A stretch of DNA of 64,000 nt from an uncultured bacterium (GCA_964619725.1 CAZUFC010000029.1:1-64000); one strand, 5' to 3'; counted from the stretch's first letter, positions 50,901 through 61,309 are shown. A program made the numbers and translations. The notes: generated from the sequence alone by a model not told the origin.

Positions 50901-51707
50901 GGCACCCTTGGCCGCACGGCTTATTTCACTATGCACCGCCTTATCTTTCATTAACTCCAATATCCGGGCCTTCGCTTTTGCTCTGTCCTTCTCCTGCTTA
51001 ACGATGTCCGGGATCTTCTGATTCCACAGCTCATAATCAATGCTGATGTTGCATATTTCACGAAAAGAAGTTAATCCCCCCTTCTGAGACAATCCCAAAC
51101 GCTTTATCTCATCGCCTATCCATTCGATCAGTTTGGCGCCCAGCTTCGCCTTGCGGCCCGAAAAATCCGATCCTACCATCTCCGAAACCTTGTCGCGCAA
51201 TAATTCTAATTCCTCCGTCTCCTCCTTCTGCACAACTTCTGTCAAATAACGGCGTCCCAACCACTTTAACTTGATCTCCAGGTCCTTATCCTTCAAAGAT
51301 ATCTTCTTCTTTTTCAATACCACGTCGCAAAATGTCAGCCTTTGCTCGGGAGACAGCAATCCAATATGATCCAACAAAGCCGCTATATCCGATTCAGACA
51401 TCGTCGGCTGAAATTTCTCCCGCAACCAGTAAAACCGAAAAGTTCGCGTATAGTCACGTGCTTCAGATTCCGGAAATCGCTCCGCACTCCATTCCGCCAG
51501 CCAGTAAAATAATGCCGAAAACTTCAATCTCGCAAGGTGATGAAGCATCCCTTTGGATTTGAACGCTTTCAATATCTTCTCGTCCGTGATGTTGAACTTC
51601 GCGTACTTCGCAAGATAGCGCTCTTTCACGCGTTGAACCAGGTGAAATTGAAAACTTCCCGGTTCTTCTAAAATGATTTCGTAAACAATAGAGAACAGCT
51701 TCTTCAT
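47946..51707 (-). CDS. Large TPR-repeat protein
   Basis: 1253-aa helical protein with many TPR units, e.g. YLGKLY....D...A..A.QKA..INP. Confidence 0.82.
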   Translation of the reverse strand: MKKLFSIVYEIILEEPGSFQFHLVQRVKERYLAKYAKFNITDEKILKAFKSKGMLHHLARLKFSALFYWLAEWSAERFPESEARDYTRTFRFYWLREKFQPTMSESDIAALLDHIGLLSPEQRLTFCDVVLKKKKISLKDKDLEIKLKWLGRRYLTEVVQKEETEELELLRDKVSEMVGSDFSGRKAKLGAKLIEWIGDEIKRLGLSQKGGLTSFREICNISIDYELWNQKIPDIVKQEKDRAKAKARILELMKDKAVHSEISRAAKGARSLDKGLGEFCLGLLEEDRKNWDKAVARFSKAVKSGLSYEMLLVEKAYCHYRSGEYLAAAKILVSLNKKALREQDTKFLVSLAEELPSDYHVVLWRLISKYDLTDKVSLDQLREIGESYLNAGKNKVSEKIFQRILDQDPNDSESYFHIARIRYQRGDMEGAREWIERMIQLKQNNHTAYFSAASLYLDLGNEQFALEYLAQCLKLEPNFEEGIDLLIELTEKRRNELLRFLRADPQSEPTRNPTRVLFREVLRTAEQAGIYLPQSTEGDGKSSGETYIKQVMDSMKSYLDLLKSDGANSDKIVYLEEFISLLDAYHETFRQIEIIIPRNKGKRLLLILAKELHGHGDYRSALNVLKRGETLLTQNPEWWWYLGLCEFGLGRHQAAEEAFEKSYELGYGEAMVWLGKLYARQKRVREAATILNKRLEDEKLEAQDKLFVARAFIDAGDFRAAQIICEKLDEELPDKHSLLPDVRITLGKALHYIGPAKKREAKTAFKSAVKALSPGPGRFLDVVLDVYRQTADPSYLQAGISALKPLLAKKNPRTFIHYAAGRLYYEMAGIKSKNVNARKGIEHLEKAVELETHHYLYFTYLGKLYKLVDDKQAAMKALQKAMEINPTDFESVLELAIHYHNSGSAKLAMKTFKNAAGVNPKACMPHLYLSRLHKGKNEWEDAVKEGLDALAGALSSDNNTEIDEAGRNLSDIFLTMEDSDSFTTVFLKQVSKTAFPERKAAAAYFLEQIPRLPRQSGYLDVGELVLPIEGTLEKLKSHVALINNIPKDLKKMTILSNQILKRTVEDLKSLTEKALKPLENFEAAPAAASDEDEAKIFYLSATDRKAFLEMRKRIELPKKKHDKLHELENQKKEGTFEYLVEYLVASDWNEKLLDFTVSRLVKSAPFETRLVFLKNLINTLTMRSRKGVDPRTSGKIAGLKEKLAELREWSNRLEKEWKNREDFKESLTEIPVLIQECFQEYEKIKNAIVNLTK

Positions 51708-52060
51708 AAAAGTAATTTCCTGTTAGCGGTTGGCTCCGTTTATCAAAGGAGAAACACGGAAACCCATACTAGCATACTATCCCTTAATTTCAAATATAAA
51801 ATTTTCAGCGCCCTTCAAAGCTTTTCTCTCGTCCGCTTTACTGTTCTCCTCCAGGCGCCGCGCCTTCCCTCCGACACGGCTCCATCGCCCGTTATCCTAA
51901 CCCGTCGGGAATGGCGATACTTTCCTCTTGCCGGCGACTGGATCATACAAGCAAAGCGTTTTGATGCCCGAAGCATCCGCCGGGGTCAATCTTCTGTTTC
52001 GGCCGCAAGTATTCTCAGGATATCCGGCAAAAGAAAATATGAAAAACTGAATGAAAAAAA

Positions 52061-52090
52061 ATTGACAAAGCGGGACTCAGGTATTATCTT
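52061..52090 (+). promoter_or_regulatory. Sigma-70-type dnaK promoter overlapped by a HAIR-like HspR operator
   Basis: TTGACA (52062-52067), 17 bp, TATCTT (52085-52090). ATTGACA-N7-ACTCAGG (52061-52081) resembles the HAIR consensus CTTGAGT-N7-ACTCAAG. Confidence 0.65.
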
Positions 52091-52180
52091 ATTATCGCAC
52101 TCATGATGGTGTCTATCGCGAGTGCACAGGAAAAGCCAACAGGCTTAAAAGCTGAATAATAAACAAACAGGAGGCTAATC

Positions 52181-54127
52181 ATGGGAAAAGTAATAGGAAT
52201 TGATTTGGGAACGACGAATTCCGCGGTAGCGGTTATAGAAGGCGGAGAGCCGTCGATCATCCCGAACTCGGAGGGAGGAAGGACGACGCCTTCAGTGGTG
52301 GGATTTTCGAAGGACGGCAAGCGACTGGTTGGTCAGGTAGCGAAGCGTCAGTCGATCACGAATCCGAGGAACACGGTATTTTCGATCAAGCGATTTATGG
52401 GGAGGCGATATGATGAGGTGCAAGGTGAGATCAAGTTGGTGCCGTTCAGCGTAGTAAAGGCATCGAACGGAGATGCACGTGTGGAGGTAGAGGATAAGCA
52501 GTATTCTCCTCCTGAGATATCGGCAATGATCCTTCAGAAGTTGCGGTCTTCTGCGGAGGATTATTTAGGTCAGAAGGTAGATGAAGCGGTAATAACGGTG
52601 CCTGCGTATTTTAACGACAGTCAGCGTCAGGCGACGAAGGATGCGGGTAAGATAGCGGGATTGAATGTAAAGCGGATCGTGAACGAGCCGACGGCGGCGG
52701 CATTGGCGTATGGCCTGGACAAGAAGAAGGACGAGACGATAGCGGTATATGATTTTGGGGGCGGCACGTTCGACATATCGATATTGGAAGTGGGAGAGGG
52801 TGTAGTGGAAGTAAAGTCGACGAACGGCGACACACATTTAGGCGGGGACGATCTTGATCAGCGAATAATAGATTGGATAGTAGAGGAGTATAAACGAGAC
52901 CAGGGGATTGATTTGGGAGCGGACCAGATGGCATTGCAGCGATTGAAGGAGGCTGCGGAGAAGGCGAAGATGGAGTTGTCGACGGTAACGGAGACGGACA
53001 TCAATCTGCCTTTCATAACGGCGGATGCGGCGGGCCCCAAGCATTTGAACATGAAGTTAAGCCGATCGAAATTCGAGCAACTGGTGGATGATTTAATAGA
53101 CCGGACGAAGGCGCCGTGCATGAAAGCGATAAAGGATGCCGGCATATCGGCGAGTGAGATAGACGAGGTGGTATTAGTCGGCGGATCGACGAGGATACCG
53201 AAGGTTCAGCAGTTAGTGACGGATTTATTTGGAAAGGCGCCTCACAAGGGCGTGAATCCTGACGAGGTAGTGGCGATCGGCGCTGCGGTCCAGGCAGGCG
53301 TTTTGGCCGGCGAAGTAAAGGACGTTTTGTTGCTGGACGTTACTCCGTTGTCGTTGGGGATTGAGACGTTAGGAGGCGTATTCACGAAGCTGATAGAAAG
53401 GAATACGACGATACCGACGCGCAAGAGCGAGATTTTTTCCACTGCGGCGGACAATCAGACACAGGTGGAGATACATGTGGCGCAGGGTGAGAGGCCGATG
53501 ATAAAGGACAACCGAACGCTGGGCCGATTTCATCTGGTGGGAATTCCGCCGGCGCCCCGCGGAATGCCTCAGATAGAAGTAACCTTTGATATAGATGCGA
53601 ATGGAATCGTGAACGTATCGGCGAAGGACCTGGGAACGGGCAAGGAGCAGGCTATAACGATAACGGCATCGAGCGGATTGTCGGAAAATGAGATAAGTAA
53701 TATGGTGAATGAAGCCGAGGAGCATGCTGAGGAGGACAAGAGGTCGAAGGAGCTGATTGATCAGAGGAACAATCTGGACAGTTTGATATACAGTACGGAG
53801 AAGACGTTGGGCGAGCACAGGGAGAAGATACCGATGGCGGAGATTTCCAACATTGAGAAGGCGATAGAGGAAGCGAAGGAGACGTTGAAGACGGACGACC
53901 TGGAGAAGATGAAGCAGGCGGGTGAGAATTTGACGAAGGCTTCTCACAAGCTGGCGGAGATCATGTATCAGGAGGCGCAGCAGCAGTATCAGCAGCAGCA
54001 ACCGGGCGCCGGAGGGGCTGCCGGAGGAGCTGCAGGCGAAGGCGCTGCGGGCGGCCCCGGAACATCTGCCGGAGGCGGAAAAGAGGACGAGGATGTAGTC
54101 GATGCTGAGTATGAAGATGTGGAATAA
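52181..54127 (+). CDS. dnaK: Chaperone DnaK (Hsp70)
   Basis: [35 protein letters not shown] and GVNPDEVVA motifs; C-terminal DAEYEDV. Confidence 0.99.
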   Translation: MGKVIGIDLGTTNSAVAVIEGGEPSIIPNSEGGRTTPSVVGFSKDGKRLVGQVAKRQSITNPRNTVFSIKRFMGRRYDEVQGEIKLVPFSVVKASNGDARVEVEDKQYSPPEISAMILQKLRSSAEDYLGQKVDEAVITVPAYFNDSQRQATKDAGKIAGLNVKRIVNEPTAAALAYGLDKKKDETIAVYDFGGGTFDISILEVGEGVVEVKSTNGDTHLGGDDLDQRIIDWIVEEYKRDQGIDLGADQMALQRLKEAAEKAKMELSTVTETDINLPFITADAAGPKHLNMKLSRSKFEQLVDDLIDRTKAPCMKAIKDAGISASEIDEVVLVGGSTRIPKVQQLVTDLFGKAPHKGVNPDEVVAIGAAVQAGVLAGEVKDVLLLDVTPLSLGIETLGGVFTKLIERNTTIPTRKSEIFSTAADNQTQVEIHVAQGERPMIKDNRTLGRFHLVGIPPAPRGMPQIEVTFDIDANGIVNVSAKDLGTGKEQAITITASSGLSENEISNMVNEAEEHAEEDKRSKELIDQRNNLDSLIYSTEKTLGEHREKIPMAEISNIEKAIEEAKETLKTDDLEKMKQAGENLTKASHKLAEIMYQEAQQQYQQQQPGAGGAAGGAAGEGAAGGPGTSAGGGKEDEDVVDAEYEDVE

Positions 54128-54267
54128 GCATTGATTTTTCACCTGTTCTGCGGGTTTCGAGAAGAAGAAAATTGCGAACATATGCAGGGATGTTGCAGAA
54201 CGGGAAAGTCTGCTTGCCGCAACGTTCCTGATGTGCTACTAATTTAGAATTGTAAGGAGAGGACTTA

Positions 54268-54298
54268 CCGCCGGCTGTTCCGAGGGTGCGGCCGGCGG
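54268..54298 (+). terminator. GC-rich stem-loop between dnaK and dnaJ
   Basis: CCGCCGGC...GCCGGCGG inverted repeat; no U-tract. Confidence 0.4.
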
Positions 54299-54320
54299 AG
54301 GAGTTCACCGTGAATGTATC

Positions 54321-55469
54321 GTGAAGAGGGATTTTTATGAAATACTGGGAATTCCCAGGAATGCGGACAAGGAGACGATAAGGAAGGCTTATCGCAAATT
54401 AGCGCGACAATACCATCCGGACGTCAATCCTCACGACAAGACTGCCGAGAAGAGATTCAAGGAAATATCGGAGGCTTATAAAATTCTTTCGGACGTTAAG
54501 AGCCGTAGGTTGTACGATCGGTCCGGACATGCTGCATTCAGAAGGATGCGTGAGGATATGAGCGGATCGGGAAGGAAATCGGGCGGATTTGATGTGCGTT
54601 TTAATGCTTCAGAATTTTCGGGCAAAACAGCATCGGAATCGATAAAGAGTATTTTCCGGGAGTTTTTCCGAGACAAGATGAAATCTGAGAAGGCCGGGAA
54701 GAAGGAGCGGGGACGGGACATAACGTATCCGATGGAGATCGATTTTGACCAGATGTATCGGGGCATGACCGCTACGATCAGCATACCGGTGGAGAAGTTT
54801 TGTGCGGCTTGCGGAGGAAAGGGTTTTGAGCCCGGTTCCGTGACAATGCCTTGTCCGGAATGCGGCGGTTCAGGACAGAAATTCGTAACGAAAGGACCTC
54901 TGAAATATGCTGTAACGTGTGAGAGATGCAAAGGTGAGGGCCATGTGCGGGATTCGCTGTGTCAGGCCTGCCGGGGAAAAAGAGTTAGACGCAAGATGGA
55001 AAAGATTCCTGTAAGGATACCGCCGGGAATCGACACGGGTTACAGAATCCAGGCGCCGAAAAAGGGCGAAGCGGGAAAAAACGGCGGTGAGCAGGGTGAT
55101 TTATACATTGTGGTTCGAGTAAAGCCGCATGAATTTTTTTCAAGGAAGGGCGCCAATCTGGAGCTGGAACTGCCTATAACCATTGATGAAGCTGTATTAG
55201 GCGCCCGTATAGACGTGCCGACTCCGGAAGGAAAAGCCAGAATGACTGTGCCTCCGGGAACGCCCAGCGGCAAAGTATTCCGTCTGGCGGGCAAGGGACT
55301 TCCCCGATTAAACAGAGGCGGCCGGGGAGACCTTATGATAAAGGTGGGGATTAATGTTCCGAGCGTTTCTGATGAGGAGTCGCGGCGGTTGATACGGGAA
55401 TTCGCCTATTTGAACAAAGAAAACCCCAGGAAACGTTTTTTTAAAGTTCCGAATTATGCTGCAGAGTGA
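54321..55469 (+). CDS. dnaJ: DnaJ-family co-chaperone (divergent paralog)
   Basis: J domain with HPD, four CxxCxGxG-type repeats, C-terminal domain. Confidence 0.9.
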   Translation: MKRDFYEILGIPRNADKETIRKAYRKLARQYHPDVNPHDKTAEKRFKEISEAYKILSDVKSRRLYDRSGHAAFRRMREDMSGSGRKSGGFDVRFNASEFSGKTASESIKSIFREFFRDKMKSEKAGKKERGRDITYPMEIDFDQMYRGMTATISIPVEKFCAACGGKGFEPGSVTMPCPECGGSGQKFVTKGPLKYAVTCERCKGEGHVRDSLCQACRGKRVRRKMEKIPVRIPPGIDTGYRIQAPKKGEAGKNGGEQGDLYIVVRVKPHEFFSRKGANLELELPITIDEAVLGARIDVPTPEGKARMTVPPGTPSGKVFRLAGKGLPRLNRGGRGDLMIKVGINVPSVSDEESRRLIREFAYLNKENPRKRFFKVPNYAAE

Positions 55470-55472
55470 TCT

Positions 55473-55871
55473 ATGACTTTTGAAGAGAATAAAACGGGAA
55501 AATATACGATCGGAATCATTTCTGAGATGTTGAATGTGCATCCTCAGACGTTAAGGTTGTATGAAAAAAGAGGATTGGTGACGCCTTCGCGGACGAGGGG
55601 CAACACTCGATTATATTCTGATTCTGATGTCGAAAGGATCAAAACCATTATAAGGTTGACTGATGAATTCGGCGTAAACCTTAACGGGGTTGAAATTATT
55701 CTCCGGCTTCATGATAGGATTGAAGCGCTGGAAATGGAGAATGACAGCATGAAGGAGATGATGTGGCAAATGTATGAAACGCTGGTTGAACTGGAAGGAG
55801 AGAAGGCGGCATCCGCTTTGATTCGCGTGCCGTCATCCGTTCCGATTTTCTGTCGTTCGTCAAAGAGTTAA
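55473..55871 (+). CDS. hspR: MerR-family heat-shock repressor HspR
   Basis: YTIG..SEML.VHPQTLRLYE..GLV.PSRT.GNTRLYS..D and GVNL.GVEII motifs; located in the dnaK operon. Confidence 0.9.
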   Translation: MTFEENKTGKYTIGIISEMLNVHPQTLRLYEKRGLVTPSRTRGNTRLYSDSDVERIKTIIRLTDEFGVNLNGVEIILRLHDRIEALEMENDSMKEMMWQMYETLVELEGEKAASALIRVPSSVPIFCRSSKS

Positions 55872-55949
55872 AAAGAGGGTTGAAAAATTATGGAAATTGT
55901 AGAAAATTGAAATATTGGAATTGCTTATCAAAGGAGGATGTGCTTACCG

Positions 55950-57074
55950 GTGGCTGAAAAAAGAGATTATTACGAAATATTGGGAATTCAAAAGAACGCT
56001 TCTGCTGATGAGATCAAAAAGAGTTATCGTCAGATGGCATTACAATATCATCCTGACAGGAATCCCGGCAACAGCGAAGCTGAATTTAGATTTAAAGAAG
56101 CTGCGGAAGCTTATGAAGTATTAAGAGACCAGGAGAAACGGCGCATATATGATCAGTTCGGTCATTCAGGACTTTCCGGACAAGGTTTTCAAGGATTCGG
56201 CGGTATAGAGGACATTTTCAGCGCGTTCGAGGATATATTCGGATTCGACAGTTTCTTCGGAGGACGAAGGACGGGGCGAAGGAGCGCCAGGAGAGGGGCC
56301 GATCTGGCGCAGGAAGTTGAGATTGAATTCATTGAAGCGGCATTTGGAGTAGAAAAGGAAATCGATATTGAAAAACACGAGATATGCGAGACATGCAACG
56401 GCAGCAAGGCTGCTCCGGGAACTTCACCCGAAAGGTGTCCCATGTGCGGCGGATCGGGACAGGTTCGGACGTCTCAGGGATTCTTTACATTAGCGACCAC
56501 CTGTCATCAATGCCGGGGTACCGGCGAAACGATACCTGAACCATGTCCGGACTGCAGCGGCAGCGGAAGGCAAGTCCGTCAGAGCAAATTGAAGGTTAAG
56601 CTTCCTGCAGGCGTAAAGGATTTGGATCAATTGAGGCTGAGAGGACAGGGAGAAGCCGGAATCGGCGGCGGAATGCCCGGCGACCTGTTTTTGCGGATCA
56701 GAGTCAAACCGCATGAATTTTTTAAAAGAGAAGGCAACGACATCGTATGCGAAGTACCCATATCATTTTCGCAGGCGGCGTTAGGCGATGAAATAGAGGC
56801 GCCGACTCTGGAGGGAGTGCATAAGTTGAGCATTCCCAGAGGAACTCAGTCGGGTAAGGAATTTCGCATCAGGGGCGCCGGCGCTTATGATCCCCGCGGA
56901 TACGGCCGAGGCGATCAACTGATCAGAATTAGCCTTAAAACCCCCACCAAGTTAAATGAAAAACAGGAACAGTTATTCCTGCAACTCGCCGATTCTTTTG
57001 GAGAAAAGATCAATCCCAGAAAGAAGGGTTTATTCAACAGGATAAAAGAAACGATCAACGAAATGGTGGAATGA
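55950..57074 (+). CDS. dnaJ: Chaperone DnaJ
   Basis: [16 protein letters not shown] region with DIF motifs, four Zn-finger repeats. Start is GTG 55950 or ATG 55938. Confidence 0.95.
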   Translation: MAEKRDYYEILGIQKNASADEIKKSYRQMALQYHPDRNPGNSEAEFRFKEAAEAYEVLRDQEKRRIYDQFGHSGLSGQGFQGFGGIEDIFSAFEDIFGFDSFFGGRRTGRRSARRGADLAQEVEIEFIEAAFGVEKEIDIEKHEICETCNGSKAAPGTSPERCPMCGGSGQVRTSQGFFTLATTCHQCRGTGETIPEPCPDCSGSGRQVRQSKLKVKLPAGVKDLDQLRLRGQGEAGIGGGMPGDLFLRIRVKPHEFFKREGNDIVCEVPISFSQAALGDEIEAPTLEGVHKLSIPRGTQSGKEFRIRGAGAYDPRGYGRGDQLIRISLKTPTKLNEKQEQLFLQLADSFGEKINPRKKGLFNRIKETINEMVE

Positions 57075-57366
57075 TTACTGAGATAGTTCGTTCATCGAAG
57101 TCGGGATGACAGCGAAGCTTTCGCCGCCGCATCCGCGAAGCGCTTTTCAAACTCGAATGCGCCCGTCCATAAACTCAAATACCGGTTATAATTTTACTGC
57201 AGGCAAGGCGCTGCGGTTTCTGATCCACAAAATCCATGACGGTTACATCTTATGGGGAAACCTCATGAAGAATCAACACCCTTCCTTCAGGCTTCCGGAT
57301 ACGGAACGGCAATATCATGCGGTCTGTCTCAAGCGTTTTATGATGCAACTGAACACATTTTAAGGA

Positions 57367-59193
57367 TCAGAAGAATTCCTTCAGGCGGAATTTGCATTTT
57401 CTCTTTTTTCCGTCTCGCAGGTATTGAATTTTTATTTTCGTATCTTCAGGTGCGGAAAACAATTCTTTTAAGTCATAGAAGCCGTATTCTTCAGCTTTTT
57501 TACCGTTAACTTTTATGATGACGTCGCCTTTGCGTAGATCGCATTTTGAAGCGGGCGTCCGGTCATATACTTTGAAAATTTTAAACTCATCATCTTCTTT
57601 CATAATTTCAAGGCCTGCTTTGTTCACTTTGAACGGGTCATCGAATTTTTCACTGGGAATGAGCCGCAGGCGATTATTCATGTAATCGAAGATGATGCGG
57701 AAACGCGACAGTATTTTGGCTCCGACAGTACCATAACTTTTTCCGATGGAAAGAGCTCCTTTGTCGCCGGTTATAAGGTCAACGGGCATATTGGAGAACT
57801 CGTAGCCGGCCAGTTGGAATTCGTCGGTGCGACTCACATAAACGTCCGATTCGCCGCCGAGCCCGAGAGCAGAAATTTTAAAAGTTTTGCGATCCTTCAG
57901 GAGGTTGTGTTCTTCGACGAAGGGTGCATGGAGATGAAGGCTTCCGTTAGAGCCGGTGTCGAGACGAAACCAGCCTTTATGTCCCTCGAATTCTCCCGGT
58001 ATCTCAAAGAGGTTCATGGATAAACGTCCTTCGGTCCAATCCTCATATTGTTCTGAATCAAAAGTTTGTGTTTCGTAGACGGTTATAGTTTTATCGCTGT
58101 AATTCAAATCTATAACGAAGCGAGAAAAAAGATCGTATCCCAGAATTCCGTCGATACGCATCCCAAGAAAAGGTTCCAGGGGAGAGAAATCGACGCAATA
58201 GGCTTTTCTGGCTTTCAGCTTGAGACCGTTGATATCGATTTGATCGTATTCCACGAAACCGACCTGTTCCATGCCTCCGACTCCGAGGGATTGGATGCCC
58301 GGAGTGGTTTTCAGGCCGAGATCATCGGTCAGGTTTTTTGATAGGATGGTGCCTCCGGCGCCGCTGTCCAAAAGGAAATTTTTGTTTTCAGAACCGTTCA
58401 CAGCGACCTGAAGAATTATATGACCGTCCAGTAATTTAATCGGCGCCTTGATCATTTTCTTTCCCGGCGGAAAAGCATAGTCTTTGACTGATTCGCCGGG
58501 GGGCATAAACAGTTCGTTGGTTAAACGGACGTTAAATTCGCAGGTCTTAAGTTTGAAAACCATAGGGGTGGCGCCGGGAAAATCGATCACCTGACGGCTG
58601 GATTCCGCAACTTTCATGCCGTCTATATTCCTGTAGGAATCATAATGAAGCGTGACATCCATGCCTTCTTCTTCGGTTTCGACACGATTGACCAGGAAGG
58701 ACTCCGCATCGATATAAAATGTCTGTTCTGTCCACTTGCCGTCCTTTTTTTCTTTTACGATCAGAATATACTCAGTCCCTTTTTCTTCGTGTTGATTCTC
58801 TCCGCCGTATTCCAGATTGAGGTCTGGGCCGGGATAAAGATATTCAAACTCCGGCAGAACAGTCGAGGGGCGTGAAGGTTCTTTCTTCTCTTCGACTTTA
58901 GTCTGACCGCCTTCAAGGGTCCAATCCCGATAAAGGTCTCCGCCCTGCACTTTGGACATAATCGGCAGTTTAAATTCGATCCTGTACTCGCCTGGAACGC
59001 GGGACCATTCCTCGAATGTTCCGGCGAATGTAGCGATCGAAATGTCATATAAGGCGTGCTTGGAATGAATTTCCTGTATGCGCTCGCCGCCCAGCGCTTC
59101 CCGGTGCCTGGTCATCAAAGTTTCAAGGTCCATGGCAGAAGCGGTTGAAATCATCAACGTTGTTACGACTAAAAAAATATAAAAAGCTTTCAT
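57367..59193 (-). CDS. Secreted tandem retropepsin-like aspartyl protease with a PDZ domain
   Basis: Signal peptide; FLLDSGA...GILGYD and RLDTGS...GTVG motifs; C-terminal TPA..CDLRKGDVIIKVNG PDZ. Confidence 0.88.
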   Translation of the reverse strand: MKAFYIFLVVTTLMISTASAMDLETLMTRHREALGGERIQEIHSKHALYDISIATFAGTFEEWSRVPGEYRIEFKLPIMSKVQGGDLYRDWTLEGGQTKVEEKKEPSRPSTVLPEFEYLYPGPDLNLEYGGENQHEEKGTEYILIVKEKKDGKWTEQTFYIDAESFLVNRVETEEEGMDVTLHYDSYRNIDGMKVAESSRQVIDFPGATPMVFKLKTCEFNVRLTNELFMPPGESVKDYAFPPGKKMIKAPIKLLDGHIILQVAVNGSENKNFLLDSGAGGTILSKNLTDDLGLKTTPGIQSLGVGGMEQVGFVEYDQIDINGLKLKARKAYCVDFSPLEPFLGMRIDGILGYDLFSRFVIDLNYSDKTITVYETQTFDSEQYEDWTEGRLSMNLFEIPGEFEGHKGWFRLDTGSNGSLHLHAPFVEEHNLLKDRKTFKISALGLGGESDVYVSRTDEFQLAGYEFSNMPVDLITGDKGALSIGKSYGTVGAKILSRFRIIFDYMNNRLRLIPSEKFDDPFKVNKAGLEIMKEDDEFKIFKVYDRTPASKCDLRKGDVIIKVNGKKAEEYGFYDLKELFSAPEDTKIKIQYLRDGKKRKCKFRLKEFF

Positions 59194-59276
59194 TTTTCTC
59201 CTCTTCGCAGCAAAAAAGTTAAAAGCGGCAAAATAATAGTGCTTTTTCCGGACTTTTTCAACAGGTCATTTTAATC

Positions 59277-59425
59277 GCTTTTTTGTCCATAAACGGAGAA
59301 TTTTCCCTAATGCTGCGTCAGGCTAAGGCTTTACTCAGGCAACGGATAAGCAATACCCACTATCTCGCAAATCCTTGCCTTCATTGTCTTAAGAAAAAAT
59401 GGGGACTGATCAAATAGGGGTTACA
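59277..59425. repeat. Reverse partial copy of the family A right module followed by a family B end
   Basis: TTTTTGTCCATAAACGGAGAATTT...CTTAAGAAAAA, then GGGACTGATCAAATAGGGGTTACA. Confidence 0.7.
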
Positions 59426-59441
59426 AATTGTGATCTAGATA

Positions 59442-59641
59442 GTGTCTGTCCACAAACTCGAATCTCGATTCAAAATTTAATGCTGGACAGTCACTGCGGT
59501 TTTTGATCCATAAACGAGCGAATTTTTCTTAAGACAAGGATGGTAATGATTTGCGAGGCAGGGGCGGCGCTTATACTTTGACTGAGCAAATCCGAAGCCT
59601 GACGCAGTATTGGGAAAAATTCGCCGTTTATGGACAAAAAC
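59442..59641. mobile_element. 200-bp MITE family A, copy 3
   Basis: Same terminal repeats; perfect duplication TAGATA at 59436-59441 and 59642-59647. Confidence 0.85.
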
Positions 59642-59660
59642 TAGATAATAAAAAAAACTT

Positions 59661-59799
59661 TCGTGCTCAGCGAAGCGGCGCTTGTGCTCGTAATCGTAAT
59701 AGATCGATTCAAATGATTGCCCTGCTTTGCTTTCAAACGACTGTACAGATCATGCCGATATTTCGATTACGATTACCGCTGCACTGAGCACGAGCACGA
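59661..59799. repeat. Inverted repeat built from CGTGCT/CGTAAT hexamers
   Basis: TCGTGCTCAG...GCTCGTAATCGTAAT pairs with GATTACGATTAC...CTGAGCACGAGCACGA. Confidence 0.65.
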
Positions 59800-59940
59800 A
59801 GGATTTAAACTGAGAAATTGTAACCCTGACAGGGCCATTTTTGATCAGCGCCTATTTCAGGATGCCGGTTAGATTGACGGGGGGCAATGTCTCGTAATAG
59901 ATTTTGTATGAGAGATGCGGGCTAAGCATTCGTTTAGAAT

Positions 59941-60311
59941 TCGAACCCGATACCAACCCCGATCCCGATCCCGACTACGACCCCGATACCGATACCAACC
60001 CCGATCCCGATCCCGACCCCGAACCCGATACCAACCCCGATCCCGATACCGACTACAACCCCGATCCAGATACCGATACCAACCCCGACCCCGATGCCGA
60101 TACCAACCCCGATCCCGATACCGACTACGACCCCGATACCGATACCGACCCCGACCCCGATACCGACTACGACCCCGATACCGACTACGACCCCGATACC
60201 GATACCGACCCCGACCCCGATGCCGATACCAACCCCGACCCCGATACCGACTACGACCCCGATACCGATACCGACCCCGACCTCGACTACGACCCCGACC
60301 CAGATACCGAT
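59941..60311. repeat. Degenerate hexamer tandem array (GATACC/GACCCC/GATCCC/GACTAC) inside a family B element
   Basis: About 60 units are directly visible, followed by family B sequence to about 60510. Confidence 0.95.
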
Positions 60312-60547
60312 TAGCGAAACACTCTGTCAAACGTTTTGAAAGAAGTGCAGCCCGCTATGATGAGTCCTAAAATTCCGTTTCTTTTTTGAGACGTTTAATG
60401 TTCAAATACCGGTTTTGTTTATACGAATGATTTGATATTCCAGTCGTCCCTTCTGTCCTTTAGGTCCCTTAGGTCCCTTAGGTCCCTTTGTCCCTTTATC
60501 TTTGTCACTTTTTTAAATACTTTTGAAGATTTATTTCAGTACATGAT

Positions 60548-60644
60548 CTCAATCGCAATCGCAATCGAAACCCAAAACCGAAACAAAATGATGTGATATT
60601 CCGTCGAATTGTAACCTCAAAAGAAGTATTTTTGATCAACGCCC
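60548..60644. repeat. Reverse-oriented left part of family B
   Basis: Reverse complement of GGCGTTGATCAAAAATACTTCTTTTGAGGTTACAATTC...AATATCACATCATTTTGTTTCG. Confidence 0.7.
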
Positions 60645-60692
60645 ATCGGTGAATGCTTTCGGGTGCACTCTTGCTGCTGAAAAGCCTAATGA

Positions 60693-60892
60693 GCGCCTGT
60701 CCATAGACTCGAATCTCGATTCAAAATTTAATGCTGGACAGCCACTTGGATTTTTGATCCATAAACGGGCGAATTTATCTTAAGGCAAGGAAGGCAAGGA
60801 TTTGCGAGGTAGGGGTATTTATTATACGTTGATTGAGTAAATCCGCAGCCTGACGCAGTACTGGGGAAAATTCGCTGTTTATGGACAAAAAC
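60693..60892. mobile_element. 200-bp MITE family A, copy 4
   Basis: Same terminal repeats; perfect duplication TAATGA at 60687-60692 and 60893-60898. Confidence 0.85.
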
Positions 60893-61309
60893 TAATGAGG
60901 TGGTATTGACGGCAATACCGCCCCTCTTGTTAGCGTGATTCGCTTGATTTCTGGTTTTCCTCATGTCGATTTCGTCATCGTCCTCCGCGTTTACCGCAGG
61001 CCGCAGCGAATCCGTATCGCGATATTTTTTGCATTCGACAATGGGGTCGGAGAGCGCGGTAAAGAAAACGGATACGCTGCGCCCGGCTTCCGGTTCGTAC
61101 ACGATTTTTCGTGTAATATGCACATCTTGTGGCTTAAAAATGTCGGATGATCAGGATACGGAGAATACCTCTTCAGCGGAATTCATCTATCAATATCACT
61201 GACCTGAGTTGAAAGCAAAATCATATTCCTTTGTATTTTTAAACTTTACAGGGCCTTTTCGCGGCGATTCTCCCATTATTGCCTTTTCCAGTTATGTCCT
61301 GGAATTCTA

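Noticed and set aside
52097-52125. Canonical CIRCE element
   Set aside because: The spacer is 17 bp rather than 9 and the outer TTA/TAA bases are missing; kept only as a variant under findings.
52565-54308. Antisense ORFs within dnaK, and similar shadow ORFs inside other long genes
   Set aside because: They fully overlap well-supported genes and have no recognisable motifs.
59869-60370. Similar low-complexity ORFs over the second hexamer array
   Set aside because: Same artefact; no RBS or unique domain.
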